Origin: a bacterium
GTDB lineage: Bacteria > UBA8248
Assembly (NCBI GenBank): GCA_965202625.1
Contig: CBDBBI010000010.1
Span: 2,592,001-2,656,000, forward strand
Direction of reading: 5' to 3'
DNA: 64,000 nt
This document shows, piece after piece, positions 18,759 through 28,900 of the stretch. How positions within the stretch are numbered: the stretch's first letter is position 1; every line of letters starts with the position of its first letter. Under the pieces are notes generated by a model. That model saw only the letters and a program-made list of their open reading frames with translations. It was not told the DNA's origin and did no database searches. Made by a program: the position numbers and the translations under genes.

Positions 18759-19637
18759 ATGCCTATAGGGAAACCAGAGGTGTATTACGCGGAAAAAAAT
18801 GCGAGGATTTTTAACGGGGACGCCGCGGAGGTTATGGCGAGCATTCCTGATGAGAGCGTGGATTTAATTTTTGCAGACCCTCCTTATAATCTTTCAAACG
18901 GTGGTTTTACCTGCCATGCGGGCAGGCGCGTAAGCGTGGACAAGGGAAAATGGGATGAAAGCAGAGGAATAGAGAAAGATTATGCGTTTCATTACAACTG
19001 GATCGAGACGTGTCGCAGAATCCTAAAAGAGAACGGCTCTTTTTGGGTTTCGGGAACCTATCATTCCATATACGCCTGTGGATTCGCGCTGCAAAATCAA
19101 GGATGGCATCTGCTGAATGAAATCTGTTGGTATAAGCCGAACGCGGCGCCCAATTTAGCTTGCAGAATGTTCGCCGCTAGCCATGAAACCTTGATTTGGG
19201 CCCGCAAGACAAAGAAGGCGAAGCATAAATTCAATTACGAATTGATGAAAAGAACAGAATGGGCGGGAGACCTAATAAAGAAACCTAACAGGCAGATGCG
19301 CAGCGTTTGGGCGATCAACACTCCGAAGAGCGGAGAAAAAAAATATGGGAAGCATCCCACGCAGAAGCCCGAGTCTCTTTTGGAAAGAATTATACTCGCT
19401 TGCACAAACGAGAACGACGTCGTTCTCGACCCCTTCTGTGGAAGTGCGACCACCGGAGTCGTCGCCATCAGAAACGACAGAAATTTCATCGGAATTGACT
19501 CCGAGAAAGAATATCTTTCAAAAATAGCGATCAAGAGACTTCAAGACGTGATGAAGCAGGAGAAATTGTCGAATCAAGATCATGGCCATGGCATCAAGTC
19601 TGCAACGTGTTTTGATAGCCTCTTCGACGATAAGTAG
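18759..19637 (+). CDS. Beta-class amino-DNA methyltransferase, DpnA/M2.DpnII-like
   Basis: FADPPYNLSNGG..VSVDKGKWD, HPTQKP, LDPFCGSATTG; AT-richer than the flanks. Confidence 0.9.
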   Translation: MPIGKPEVYYAEKNARIFNGDAAEVMASIPDESVDLIFADPPYNLSNGGFTCHAGRRVSVDKGKWDESRGIEKDYAFHYNWIETCRRILKENGSFWVSGTYHSIYACGFALQNQGWHLLNEICWYKPNAAPNLACRMFAASHETLIWARKTKKAKHKFNYELMKRTEWAGDLIKKPNRQMRSVWAINTPKSGEKKYGKHPTQKPESLLERIILACTNENDVVLDPFCGSATTGVVAIRNDRNFIGIDSEKEYLSKIAIKRLQDVMKQEKLSNQDHGHGIKSATCFDSLFDDK

Positions 19638-19648
19638 ATTTTCGCTTC

Positions 19649-20416
19649 ATGGCTTCTGATAGGGCATGGGAGAAGATTTTTGAAGATCACGAAATACATG
19701 AACACGATTTCGCAAATTCGCCGTTCATCATTACCAATACGCAAATTAAAGAATCCTGTCAAAATTTTACGCGGACCGCCGAGAAAGAAGTGCGAATTTT
19801 ATGCAAGCAGGATTCCCGTGAGAATCGTCCCAAAGTTTTCCGAGAAAATAATCTTTTCATCCTCCCGATCAGGAATGGGACCTACGCGATCATTGAGGGT
19901 GAAGGCTATGTGGATATTCCCGTCATCAAGAGTGAGATCGTAACTTATGCGTCAGGGCTATCGTTTTCTCTCGATACTTCAAAAGTCGGCAATTCGGAGA
20001 TGCAGCATTTGGACTACGCTTACGCTTCGAGTTTGATTCGCAGTTTCATGGATGACGACACTTTCGTCTTGACAATACGAGGCCGCAAATACGCTCCCGA
20101 GTTTTCATTTTCCGTAGGCACATACGAACAAAATCTCCGTGTGCAGAGCGTTCAGACGGAAGTTGACGCTGGCTACGAGGGGAAAAGCAAGGTTTTGCTG
20201 GTCGAGGCGAAGAATGCCTCCACGGACAACGTCATTATCCGGCAGATTTATTATCCGTTTCGCCAGTGGCAACAATATACGGAGAAGCCCGTCGAGTTGA
20301 TTTTCTTTGAAAGAAGAGATGAGGAATACGGTATTTGGAAATTCATATTCGAGTCCCTTCATAATTACAACAGCATTAAAATGATCGACTCCGCACGCTA
20401 TAGAATAGCGGAATAG
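19649..20416 (+). CDS. Putative Type II restriction endonuclease (PD-(D/E)xK-like)
   Basis: Directly after the MTase; EVDAGYEG..LLVEAKN and IIRQIYYPFRQW motifs. Confidence 0.65.
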   Translation: MASDRAWEKIFEDHEIHEHDFANSPFIITNTQIKESCQNFTRTAEKEVRILCKQDSRENRPKVFRENNLFILPIRNGTYAIIEGEGYVDIPVIKSEIVTYASGLSFSLDTSKVGNSEMQHLDYAYASSLIRSFMDDDTFVLTIRGRKYAPEFSFSVGTYEQNLRVQSVQTEVDAGYEGKSKVLLVEAKNASTDNVIIRQIYYPFRQWQQYTEKPVELIFFERRDEEYGIWKFIFESLHNYNSIKMIDSARYRIAE

Positions 20417-20426
20417 CGGAATAGCG
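20403..20426 (+). repeat. Tandem repeat (GAATAGCG)x3 over the endonuclease stop codon
   Basis: Read directly from the sequence. Confidence 0.85.
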
Positions 20427-20459
20427 GAGGGCGACAACTGTGAGGTTACGTCACAATAC

Positions 20460-20795
20460 TATCACACTCGGTGTTTGGAGCGTTTAGAATTAGATGATAC
20501 TGTAGTGCTGTTTCCTCCACCGCTCTTAGAATGTCGAACGTTTCTTCTTCAGTCCATTCTGGGTCCCTGAAATATATTCAGACTGGAGAGAAGCGATTTT
20601 TGTCCGATGCCCTATCTTTTCTTGAACACAATGTTCGGCTCAACGGATAAAGCTCCTTCATCATGGATAGTCTTGACATGGCGAAGGATTTCTCGTCGCA
20701 GCTTTCCTCAAAATCCCAACGCTTCGTTTGGACTCCATGTTTTTGGGCTTGTGCTGTGCCAGGCTTTTTCGCAAATCATCTGCTCTAGCCATCAT
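20460..20795 (-). pseudogene. Degraded nuclease-like gene remnant, possibly EcoRI-family
   Basis: Fragments in different frames: MMARADDLRKSLAQHKPKNMESK.. and ..RDPEWTEEETFDILRAVEETAL, with stops between; resemblance from memory only. Confidence 0.3.
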
Positions 20796-21225
20796 AGAAG
20801 TAATGTCCTTTCAATCCGTGAACGTCGAAAATCAACATCTCGCTATGAAATAGCACGCCTTTGTAGATGTCCTTGGGGGGTGAAACGACGAAGATTATCT
20901 CCGGATATGCGCCGTTGGCGAAGTTGCGCCAGCGGTGTCCAGATCGTGGAGTTTTTCCGGTCAGCATAAAATTTATTTCCGTCAACGCGATACATTACGC
21001 CACTGAAACGATAGCGCGCGGCGTTTTTTGAGGGGGCTGATAAGGGCTTTCGGGTGTGGGCGATTCAGCGTTTAGGCGTCCTTCATATCTCCCAGTCTAA
21101 GGTCGCTCCACATTTCCCGTATTCAGTCCTGGGCAGCCAATGGAGATGCGAGTTAGTTATACGTGCGGCCGCGTAGTATTTATGAGTTCGCAAGCGTTTT
21201 GAACCTGCGCTAGAATGTCCCTGCC

Positions 21226-24200
21226 ATGAGCGCGTACTCCTTTCATCCGTTGATAGCGCGCTGGTTCGGCGAGAAGTTCGGCGAGCCGAGCGCCCCGCAG
21301 GAGGCGGGCTGGCCGCAGATCGCGGCGGGGCGCGATGCGCTCATCACCGCGCCCACGGGAACGGGGAAGACGTTAGCCGCTTTTCTGTGGTCGCTCGACG
21401 ACCTCATTCAAAGGGCGCTCAGGGGCGCGCTTGCCGATGAGTGCCGCCTCATCTACGTTTCTCCCCTCAAGGCGCTCGGCAACGACATTCAGAGAAACTT
21501 GACGGCGCCCTTGAGCGAAATCCGTGCGCTCGCGCTACAGGGGGGCGTCAAACTGCCCGAGATCAGGGTGGCGGTTCGCTCGGGCGACACCTCGGCCCGT
21601 GAGCGTCGTCTCATGCTGAGGCGACGGCCCCATGTCCTTATCACCACGCCGGAGTCGCTTTACATCCTCTTGACGGCGGAGCGGAGCCGCGCGGTGCTCG
21701 AGACCGTGCGCGTCGTCATCGTCGATGAGATACACGCCGTCGCCGGAGATAAGCGGGGCGCGCATCTCGCTCTCTCTCTGGAGCGACTGGACGCGCTTTG
21801 TGGGCAGCGGCTTCAGCGCATTGGCTTGAGCGCCACGCAAAAGCCGATTGAGGAGGTCGCGCGCCTGCTCGTCGGCGCGGGAAGGAGCCGAGAGGACGGC
21901 GCCCCCGATTGCGCGATCGTGGATGTGGGGCATCTGCGGCGAATGGCGCTCTCCGTGGAGGTGCCTGATCAGGAAATCGGGCCCGTCGCCTCGCACGCGC
22001 TTTGGGGAGAGGTTTTCGACCGGCTCGCGGGCCACATCGAAGGACATCGGAGCACCATCGTGTTTGTTCACACGCGAAAGCTTGCCGAGCGCGTCGCCCA
22101 TCAGCTCACGGCGCGACTCGGAGAGGAGCGCGTCGCCGCCCATCACGGCTCCTTGTCCCGCAAAATCCGCCTCGACGCGGAGGAGAGGCTCAAATCAGGC
22201 GCGTTCTCCGCAATCGTCGCCACGGCGTCGCTCGAGCTGGGGATCGACATCGGCCACGTCGATCTTGTTTGCCATCTGGGCGCCCCGAGGACGCTCGCCT
22301 CCCTGTTGCAGCGCGTGGGCCGCTCTGGCCACTGGAAGGGCGCGACGCCCAAGGGAATCGTTTTTCCCCTGACGAGGGACGATCTTCTCCAGAGCGCGGC
22401 CGCGGTGCGCTCGGTGAGGGAGGGCGCCCTTGATCGCGTGATTTTCCCCGAAGCGCCGGTCGACGTCCTCGCCCAGCAGATCGTCGCCGAAGTCGCGGCG
22501 CGGGAAGAGGTGGAGGAGGAGGTGATCTGGGCACTCGTCAGGCGTGCGCAGCCCTACGCGCGGCTTGGGCGCTGCGTCTTCGAGGAAGTGCTAGAGATGC
22601 TCTCCGAGGGTGTCTCGACCAGTCGGGGCCGACGCGGCGTCCATCTGCACAGAGACCGCGTGAACGCCCTTTTGCGGCCGAGGCGCGGGGCGCGGCTCTG
22701 CGCCATCACCTCGGGCGGGGCGATTCCGGACACGGCGGACTACGATGTGATCGAGCACCCCGCGGAGACTTTCGTGGGCAAGGTGAACGAGGATTTTGCT
22801 GTAGAGTCGAACGCGGGCGACATCTTCTTGCTCGGCAATCATTCATGGCGGGTCAGGAGGGTGGAGCGCGACAAGGTGCGCGTGGAGGACGCGTGGGGGC
22901 TTCCGCCTAACATTCCTTTCTGGCTCGGGGAGGCGCCCGCACGCACGGCGGAACTCTCCGAGGCCGTCTCCCGCTTGCGGGCTACACTTGCGGAGCACCT
23001 GTGTGACGAGGATGGGGAGATTGGGTGGATGCGGGAGCAGTGCGGGTTGTGCGCCTCGGGCACGGCGCAGCTTCTTGCTTACGCGCGTGAGACGGCGCAG
23101 ATTTTGGGGCGCGTTCCCACGCAAGGCGAAATCGTGGCGGAGCGGTTTTTCGACGAGGCGGGCGGAATGCAGCTCGTGATTCACTCACCCTATGGCGGCC
23201 GCGTCAACCGGGCGTGGGCCCATACCCTCAGAAAGCGCTTTTGCCTCACGTTCGATTTCGAGCTTCAGGCCGCCGCGACCGACGACGGCATCGTGCTCTC
23301 GCTCTCCTCCCAGCACAGCTTTCCGCTGGAGTCGATTTTTGGTTTCACTCGCCTCGCCTCCTTGAGAAAGGACATGCTCCAGTCCGCCCTGCAATCGCCC
23401 ATGTTCGCTAACCGCTGGCGTTGGAACGCGACGCGCGCCCTCGCCCTGCCCCGATACGCTGGGGGGAAGAAGACACCGATCGCGCTTCAGAGGATGCGCG
23501 CGGAGGATTTGCTCGCGGCCGTTTTTCCGGCCCAGCTCGCCTGCCAGGACAACCACCATGGCCCAATCGAGCCTCCTGACCATCCCTTGGTGAACGAGAC
23601 GGTGGAGAATTGTCTGACCGAAGCGATGGACATCGACAATTTGAGAGAATTGATACGGGATATCGAAGGCGGAAGGGTGAAGACCTTCGCCGTGGAGACG
23701 CCTGCTCCCTCGCCCATGTCGCACGAGATACTGAACGCGAACCCCTACGCCTTCATCGACGATGCCCCGCTGGAGGAGCGCCGCTCGCGTGCCGTGCCGC
23801 TCAGGCGCGTCCTGCCCGAGAACGCGCAGAACGCTCAGCTGGACGCGGACGCCATTGAGGAGGTGCGCCGGGGAGCCTGGCCGGCTCCGAGAGACATGGA
23901 TGAGCTGCACGACGCCCTTCTCTCCTTGTGCGTGCTGCCTGATCAGGATGCGAGGGATTGGTTCGCCTGGGTGGGTGCGTTGCGTGCCCGGGGCCGCTTA
24001 GCCAGGGCGGTGTGGAGGGCGGGGGGCGCCATGTGCGAGGGATACGTTCCGGCTGAGCGGATGGCGTTTGTTCGTGCCGCGATTCCGGGCGTTGCGCTCA
24101 CGCCCGAGGAGATTCCCCTTCAGGTGGGAGAGACGAAAGCGGTTTCCAGGGAGACTGCGGCGCTCGTTCTCCTTCGGGGCTGGATGGAGTGCCTGGGGCC

Positions 24201-25557
24201 CGTGAGCGCGCAGGAGGTCGCCGCCCGCGTGGGGCTCGCATTGTCCGACGTCCATGTAGCCTTGGCCGCCCTTGAGGGAGAAGGCGCGGTTCTCAGAGGC
24301 CGCTTCGTGCGCCTCTCGCCCGATGCGCCAATTGAGTGGTGCGACCGCGCGCTGTTGAGCCGCATCCACCGGATGACGCTGGGAAAACTACGGCGCGAGA
24401 TCGAACCCGTCACGGCGGCGGACTTCATCCGGTATCTGCTCAGGTGGCAGCACCTGCATGAGGAGAGCCGGTTGCACGGGCGCGACGGCGTTCTGGAGGT
24501 GGTGCGCCAGCTCCAGGGCCTCGAACTACCCGCGCCCGCCTGGGAGGAGCGGATTCTCCCCGCCCGCATTCAGAATTACGACCCGGCTGACCTGGAGCAG
24601 CTGTGTCTCTCGGGTCTCGTCGTGTGGGGACGCCTGCGGCCGGGCGTCCCGCCCGATCCGCCTGAGCCTCCAACGGGCCGGATACGCCGCGCGACGTCCC
24701 AGAACGCGGGACCTACGCGCCGGGCGCTTCTGGCCTTTTTGCACAGAGAGGATATGGATATGTTCCTGAGTCCCCGGGGCGCGGGCGATGAATGGCGGCG
24801 AAATCTCTCGCGTCCGGCGCTTGAGGCGCTCGATTTTCTGGGCGCACGGGGAGCGTCTTTCCTTGCGGAGATCGCGCGGGCGACGGGCAGGCTGCGAACC
24901 GAGGTGGAGGAGGCGCTTTGGGAGCTCGTCTCGCGCGGTTTGGTGACAGGAGACGGCGTGGCGGGTCTCAGGGCGTTGATAATGAGCGAGAGGGAGAGGA
25001 AAAAGAGCGAACGAAGGCTCCGCGCTCTGCCGGGGGGCCGCGCCAAATCGCGCGAGGCGAAGAAGCGCTTCATGCCCGTGGGCCGCTGGTCACTCTGGGG
25101 GGTGGAGGACGTCCCCCTGGACGGTGAGGCCCGGCACGAAGCCCATGCGCGGCAGATGCTGAGAAGATACGGCGTCGTGATGCGCGAGCTCGCCGTCCGG
25201 GAATTCGCCGTTCCGCGTTGGCGCGAGCTCGTGGGAGTGTTTCGGCGTCTTGAGGCCAGGGGAGAGATTCGCGGCGGTCGCTTCGTCTCGGGCTTCACCG
25301 GCGAGCAGTTCGCCTTGCCGGAAGCCGTGGAGGCCCTGCGTGCCGTCCGCCGGATTCCGGCCCAAGGGAGGCCCACCATCGTTGACGCGAGCGACCCGAT
25401 GAATCTGTCGGGCATCATCACGCCGGGGCCCAAGGTTTCTATTCGTTCGCGCGACGTCATCCTCTATCGAGATGGTCTGGTGGCGGACTGCGGCCCGATC
25501 GGCGAGGTGCGAAGCCGCCTTGAGAACGAATCGCTCGGCTTGGGCCGAGGTGTATGA
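21226..25557 (+). CDS. lhr: Lhr-family large SF2 helicase with C-terminal domain
   Basis: APTGTGKT, SPLKAL, TTPESL, DEIH, SAT, HHGSLS, LELGIDIG, QRVGRSGH; full-length 1443 aa. Confidence 0.93.
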   Translation: MSAYSFHPLIARWFGEKFGEPSAPQEAGWPQIAAGRDALITAPTGTGKTLAAFLWSLDDLIQRALRGALADECRLIYVSPLKALGNDIQRNLTAPLSEIRALALQGGVKLPEIRVAVRSGDTSARERRLMLRRRPHVLITTPESLYILLTAERSRAVLETVRVVIVDEIHAVAGDKRGAHLALSLERLDALCGQRLQRIGLSATQKPIEEVARLLVGAGRSREDGAPDCAIVDVGHLRRMALSVEVPDQEIGPVASHALWGEVFDRLAGHIEGHRSTIVFVHTRKLAERVAHQLTARLGEERVAAHHGSLSRKIRLDAEERLKSGAFSAIVATASLELGIDIGHVDLVCHLGAPRTLASLLQRVGRSGHWKGATPKGIVFPLTRDDLLQSAAAVRSVREGALDRVIFPEAPVDVLAQQIVAEVAAREEVEEEVIWALVRRAQPYARLGRCVFEEVLEMLSEGVSTSRGRRGVHLHRDRVNALLRPRRGARLCAITSGGAIPDTADYDVIEHPAETFVGKVNEDFAVESNAGDIFLLGNHSWRVRRVERDKVRVEDAWGLPPNIPFWLGEAPARTAELSEAVSRLRATLAEHLCDEDGEIGWMREQCGLCASGTAQLLAYARETAQILGRVPTQGEIVAERFFDEAGGMQLVIHSPYGGRVNRAWAHTLRKRFCLTFDFELQAAATDDGIVLSLSSQHSFPLESIFGFTRLASLRKDMLQSALQSPMFANRWRWNATRALALPRYAGGKKTPIALQRMRAEDLLAAVFPAQLACQDNHHGPIEPPDHPLVNETVENCLTEAMDIDNLRELIRDIEGGRVKTFAVETPAPSPMSHEILNANPYAFIDDAPLEERRSRAVPLRRVLPENAQNAQLDADAIEEVRRGAWPAPRDMDELHDALLSLCVLPDQDARDWFAWVGALRARGRLARAVWRAGGAMCEGYVPAERMAFVRAAIPGVALTPEEIPLQVGETKAVSRETAALVLLRGWMECLGPVSAQEVAARVGLALSDVHVALAALEGEGAVLRGRFVRLSPDAPIEWCDRALLSRIHRMTLGKLRREIEPVTAADFIRYLLRWQHLHEESRLHGRDGVLEVVRQLQGLELPAPAWEERILPARIQNYDPADLEQLCLSGLVVWGRLRPGVPPDPPEPPTGRIRRATSQNAGPTRRALLAFLHREDMDMFLSPRGAGDEWRRNLSRPALEALDFLGARGASFLAEIARATGRLRTEVEEALWELVSRGLVTGDGVAGLRALIMSERERKKSERRLRALPGGRAKSREAKKRFMPVGRWSLWGVEDVPLDGEARHEAHARQMLRRYGVVMRELAVREFAVPRWRELVGVFRRLEARGEIRGGRFVSGFTGEQFALPEAVEALRAVRRIPAQGRPTIVDASDPMNLSGIITPGPKVSIRSRDVILYRDGLVADCGPIGEVRSRLENESLGLGRGV

Positions 25558-25886
25558 AATCCCTTGAAGCGCCTTGCGAGCACAGATTCAAGAATGCGCC
25601 GCCTGGCGCGCGAAGACGAATGGTTGCCTTCGCGCGGTCGGGCTTGCTGGGGGAGGAGCGCTCGGCGCCCCTGTGCTTGGCCGCCCCCTGCGAGCTCTCC
25701 GCGATTTGAAATAACTTACGGGTTTTGCCGGCGTCTCATCCTTGTCCGTTCACAAAGGGGCAGCCGAGGGGGAGAGGCGGAGACGTCGTGGGTCCGGAAC
25801 GCGAAATCCTGATCTTCAGGGGCACTCCACCTGAGCCGTTTTCGGGCGGGCGGCCTCCGTTTCCGAAAGACGAAAGAGAGGGGAAC

Positions 25887-26120
25887 ATGAGCGTATTCGT
25901 GGTCGGACACGTTGAGATCAAAAATGAGGAGGGATTCACCGACTACGCTGAGAAAGGGCTTGCGATCGTCCCCTCTTTCGGCGGCGAGTTCGTGATGTGT
26001 GGAGAGCTCACGAGGGTTCTGAGCGGCGCGCACGACAAGAGCACGTTCGCCATCCTGAAGTTCCCCGACCGCAACAAGGCGACGGACATCACGTTCCTAC
26101 CCTATGACGAGGCATTTTAG
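25887..26120 (+). CDS. DUF1330-family protein, apparently with an internal deletion
   Basis: MSVFVVGHVEIKNEEGFTDY..FGGEFV..ILKFP; only 77 aa, lacking the usual WYxSxEYQ helix. Confidence 0.6.
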   Translation: MSVFVVGHVEIKNEEGFTDYAEKGLAIVPSFGGEFVMCGELTRVLSGAHDKSTFAILKFPDRNKATDITFLPYDEAF

Positions 26121-26236
26121 GGGAGCAGCTGTTTCGTTGAAAAGCGTTCGTTGGGCACCCCCTTTGTGGAACAATCTGCTGACGTTTGCGACCCGGATGC
26201 GAGAATGCCAGACTATTTTGAAGGCGATTCGAGGCG

Positions 26237-27304
26237 ATGAACTCGCGTTTTATTCAGAGGACGCAAGTGGCTGACGCAGAGAGACGGAAATTTCCAGGTG
26301 GTTCTCGGCAGAGAGTTAATAAAGCCGGGCAGCAGGTTCGGAACAAGACTGCAGGAAATTCAGATTTTCAGGTTATTGATCACTGGCGTACTGCTCATTG
26401 GCGTGTGATAAATACATTCGGGTCTTTTCTTAGAATGCGGATAAGTCGCACAAGGCAAAGTGGAATCGTCGTGGCACAAAGACATAAACGTAAGCACACG
26501 ATTATCGATAAACTCAAACGATTTCCCAAGATGCAGTTAGCCCGCATGGATGATGTGGCGGGATGTCGTTTGATATTTGATAACATTCAGCAACTATACA
26601 AGTTTCGCAGTGACATTCACAAAGCAAAATTTAGGCACAAACTAAAGAATGAAATTGACAAATATGATTACATAAAGAGTCCCAAATTAAGTGGATATCG
26701 CGGAATTCACGATGTGTACGAGTACAATGTAAAGTCGCAAAACAGTCAAATTTCCAATGGGTTGTTGATTGAATTGCAGTATCGAACGCTTTCCCAACAT
26801 GCTTGGGCGACATGTGTTGAGTTGGTTGGTTTTTTGACTGATAACCAGCCGAAGTTTGAGCGGGGTGATGAGCGGTATCGGAATATTCTGCGCTTTTCAA
26901 GTGAAATCATTGCGCGCTCTGCCGAGAAGCGTTGTTCGAGCCTGAGGAATCTGGACGACAGAGAAGTAGTTAGGGGGTTTTTGGAACTTGATGACAAACT
27001 GAACTTTATGCAGATGTTGCGTGGTTTGAACACTGAGCAGGAATCGGATTCTCTCTATAAAAATATCATTTTGATTTTTCAAGAAATGGGAGATACCCCA
27101 CTTAAAATTCTCTCGTTTCGACATGCAACGGATGCATTGAAAAAGTTGTTCGAACTCGAAAATGAACCGTCCGGTAGGGATATTGTTTTGGTGAAAGGCG
27201 ATACCGCTGAAGGCATTCGTGAAGCATTCAAGAACTATTTTTCTGATGCGCGCAAATTCGTTGAGTTGATCAATCGTGGCTGTAGCGAACTTTCTGGGCA
27301 TTAA
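26237..27304 (+). CDS. RelA/SpoT synthetase-domain protein, fused CapRel-like toxin-antitoxin
   Basis: VAQRHKR..TIIDKL, RMDDVAGCR, SGYRGIH, IELQYRTLSQHAWA, and a C-terminal domain ending DIVLV..IREAFKNYFSDARKF. Confidence 0.82.
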   Translation: MNSRFIQRTQVADAERRKFPGGSRQRVNKAGQQVRNKTAGNSDFQVIDHWRTAHWRVINTFGSFLRMRISRTRQSGIVVAQRHKRKHTIIDKLKRFPKMQLARMDDVAGCRLIFDNIQQLYKFRSDIHKAKFRHKLKNEIDKYDYIKSPKLSGYRGIHDVYEYNVKSQNSQISNGLLIELQYRTLSQHAWATCVELVGFLTDNQPKFERGDERYRNILRFSSEIIARSAEKRCSSLRNLDDREVVRGFLELDDKLNFMQMLRGLNTEQESDSLYKNIILIFQEMGDTPLKILSFRHATDALKKLFELENEPSGRDIVLVKGDTAEGIREAFKNYFSDARKFVELINRGCSELSGH

Positions 27305-27399
27305 CGGTGTTGCTTCATGAGATCTGGAGATTTCGCCCTTAGGATTCCCATCAAGGATGTAACTCGATCTATTTCTTCGACGATTTTAGGACTTCACCC

Positions 27400-28005
27400 A
27401 TGCCTATCATCCGGCAGACGCCCGACGTTTCGAAATTCAACCCCGACATTGATTTGCCCTATCAACTTCGCCGGGAAGATTTTGCATTGGTCATGCAGGA
27501 CGTCTATGATTTCTTTTTCGACGTGAATACGCATCTGTTCAATAAAAGTCTCAAACGTCTGGATGAAATGCTGCGGCCCGCCGCGATGTCAGGGCTGGTC
27601 TCCGACATGGTTGCGGCGAGCATGGCGCAACATTCGCGAACCCTGGTCGAGAACCAGTACCACAACGGCCACCCGGACCTCATCGTGAACGGGATATACC
27701 CCAACGATGCAGTGAAGGCCGGAACAGAAGGCGTTGAAATCAAAAGCACTCGCAAATCAGGCGGAGCCGTCGATACGCATGGGGCGCGGAAGCAATGGAT
27801 GTGTGTTTTTGTTTATCAAGTTGATAACGAAACTGAACCCGCTGCAGATCGCGCCTCCATGAAATTCTCCGAAGTCTATCTCGGCTACGTCACTGTCAAT
27901 GATTTCCGTAGAAATGCGCGAAGCGAACTCGGAACGAGAACGGCTACCTTGAACAGAAGCGGCATTCAGAAGTTGCGGCGGAGTTGGGTATATCTGGACA
28001 CTTGA
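27400..28005 (+). CDS. Putative Type II restriction endonuclease
   Basis: GHPDL..GVEIKS (PD..ExK) motif; convergent with and overlapping an MTase. Confidence 0.6.
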   Translation: MPIIRQTPDVSKFNPDIDLPYQLRREDFALVMQDVYDFFFDVNTHLFNKSLKRLDEMLRPAAMSGLVSDMVAASMAQHSRTLVENQYHNGHPDLIVNGIYPNDAVKAGTEGVEIKSTRKSGGAVDTHGARKQWMCVFVYQVDNETEPAADRASMKFSEVYLGYVTVNDFRRNARSELGTRTATLNRSGIQKLRRSWVYLDT

Positions 28006-28900
28006 GCGCTTCTAGTTTTGGCATGGCCCGTTTCGCAAGTTGCACGTACCGTTTCGACACTTCGACGCCAACGCTTCGGTAGCCGATGTGATTGGCGGCG
28101 GCGAGCGTTGAGCCTGAACCCGCGAACGGATCGAGTATTACGCCCTTTTGGAGTGGAAGAGCCGCGCGGACCAGTTTCCGCAAAAACGACTGGGGTTTCA
28201 ACGATGGATGTGGCGCCAAACTCTTCTCCGTCGCCTTGGTCGTGTGCGACGGGATGACGTCACCGAACGGTTTGTCGTTCGATACGCGGCGAAGCCCGCC
28301 AGTTTCCCACTTGCGCAAATTGTCCTGAACGCGGCCGTCCAAGGGATTACGGAACAAAAGCCAGGGTTCGGCCATCGAGCGCGGCATCACCGTGACGTCG
28401 GAGAATTCTTTATGCGCGTTCTTCGGACGGTCGCCTCCCCGCATCGTCATGACGAGTCGGGTGATGACGCCCCGGTTTTCTAAACCGGCGGCGTCAAGTG
28501 CTGACGCGACGATATGAGAAACCAGGGGATTGGACGCCATGAATATATGAGCGCCGGGAACGAGGACGCGTGATACGCTACGACCGAAACGCCCGAAAAA
28601 TTCGCGCATGTTTTCGAGATCGGACGCGCTCAAAGTGGTGAAGCGTGGAAGCGGCGAACGCCGGTATCCGTCGAACGACGGAGGAATTCGCCAGACCCCA
28701 CCTCTGCCTTGACGAAGTTTGCGCTGCTCTTTTTCCGTGTATTCAACCAGGCCGTAAGGTGGGTCAGTCACAACCGCATGAATGGTGTTCTCTCGGCAAT
28801 TCTCCAACCACTCGAAACAGTCTGCCTGATACAAAACTGCTTCGCCGTGAATGCTCGCGGGCTTGGCAACTCTGCATGTTTTTTCTGGGACGACGGTCAT
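27944..28900 (-). CDS. Beta-class N4-C/N6-A DNA methyltransferase
   Basis: VVTDPPYG, HPSLKP, ILDPFAGSGST. Confidence 0.9.
   Translation of the reverse strand: MTVVPEKTCRVAKPASIHGEAVLYQADCFEWLENCRENTIHAVVTDPPYGLVEYTEKEQRKLRQGRGGVWRIPPSFDGYRRSPLPRFTTLSASDLENMREFFGRFGRSVSRVLVPGAHIFMASNPLVSHIVASALDAAGLENRGVITRLVMTMRGGDRPKNAHKEFSDVTVMPRSMAEPWLLFRNPLDGRVQDNLRKWETGGLRRVSNDKPFGDVIPSHTTKATEKSLAPHPSLKPQSFLRKLVRAALPLQKGVILDPFAGSGSTLAAANHIGYRSVGVEVSKRYVQLAKRAMPKLEALKCPDIPNSAATSECRFCSR

Noticed and set aside
20403-20426. (GAATAGCG)x3 as a contingency locus
   Set aside because: Only three copies, and the stop lies in the second unit, so expansion would not change the protein.
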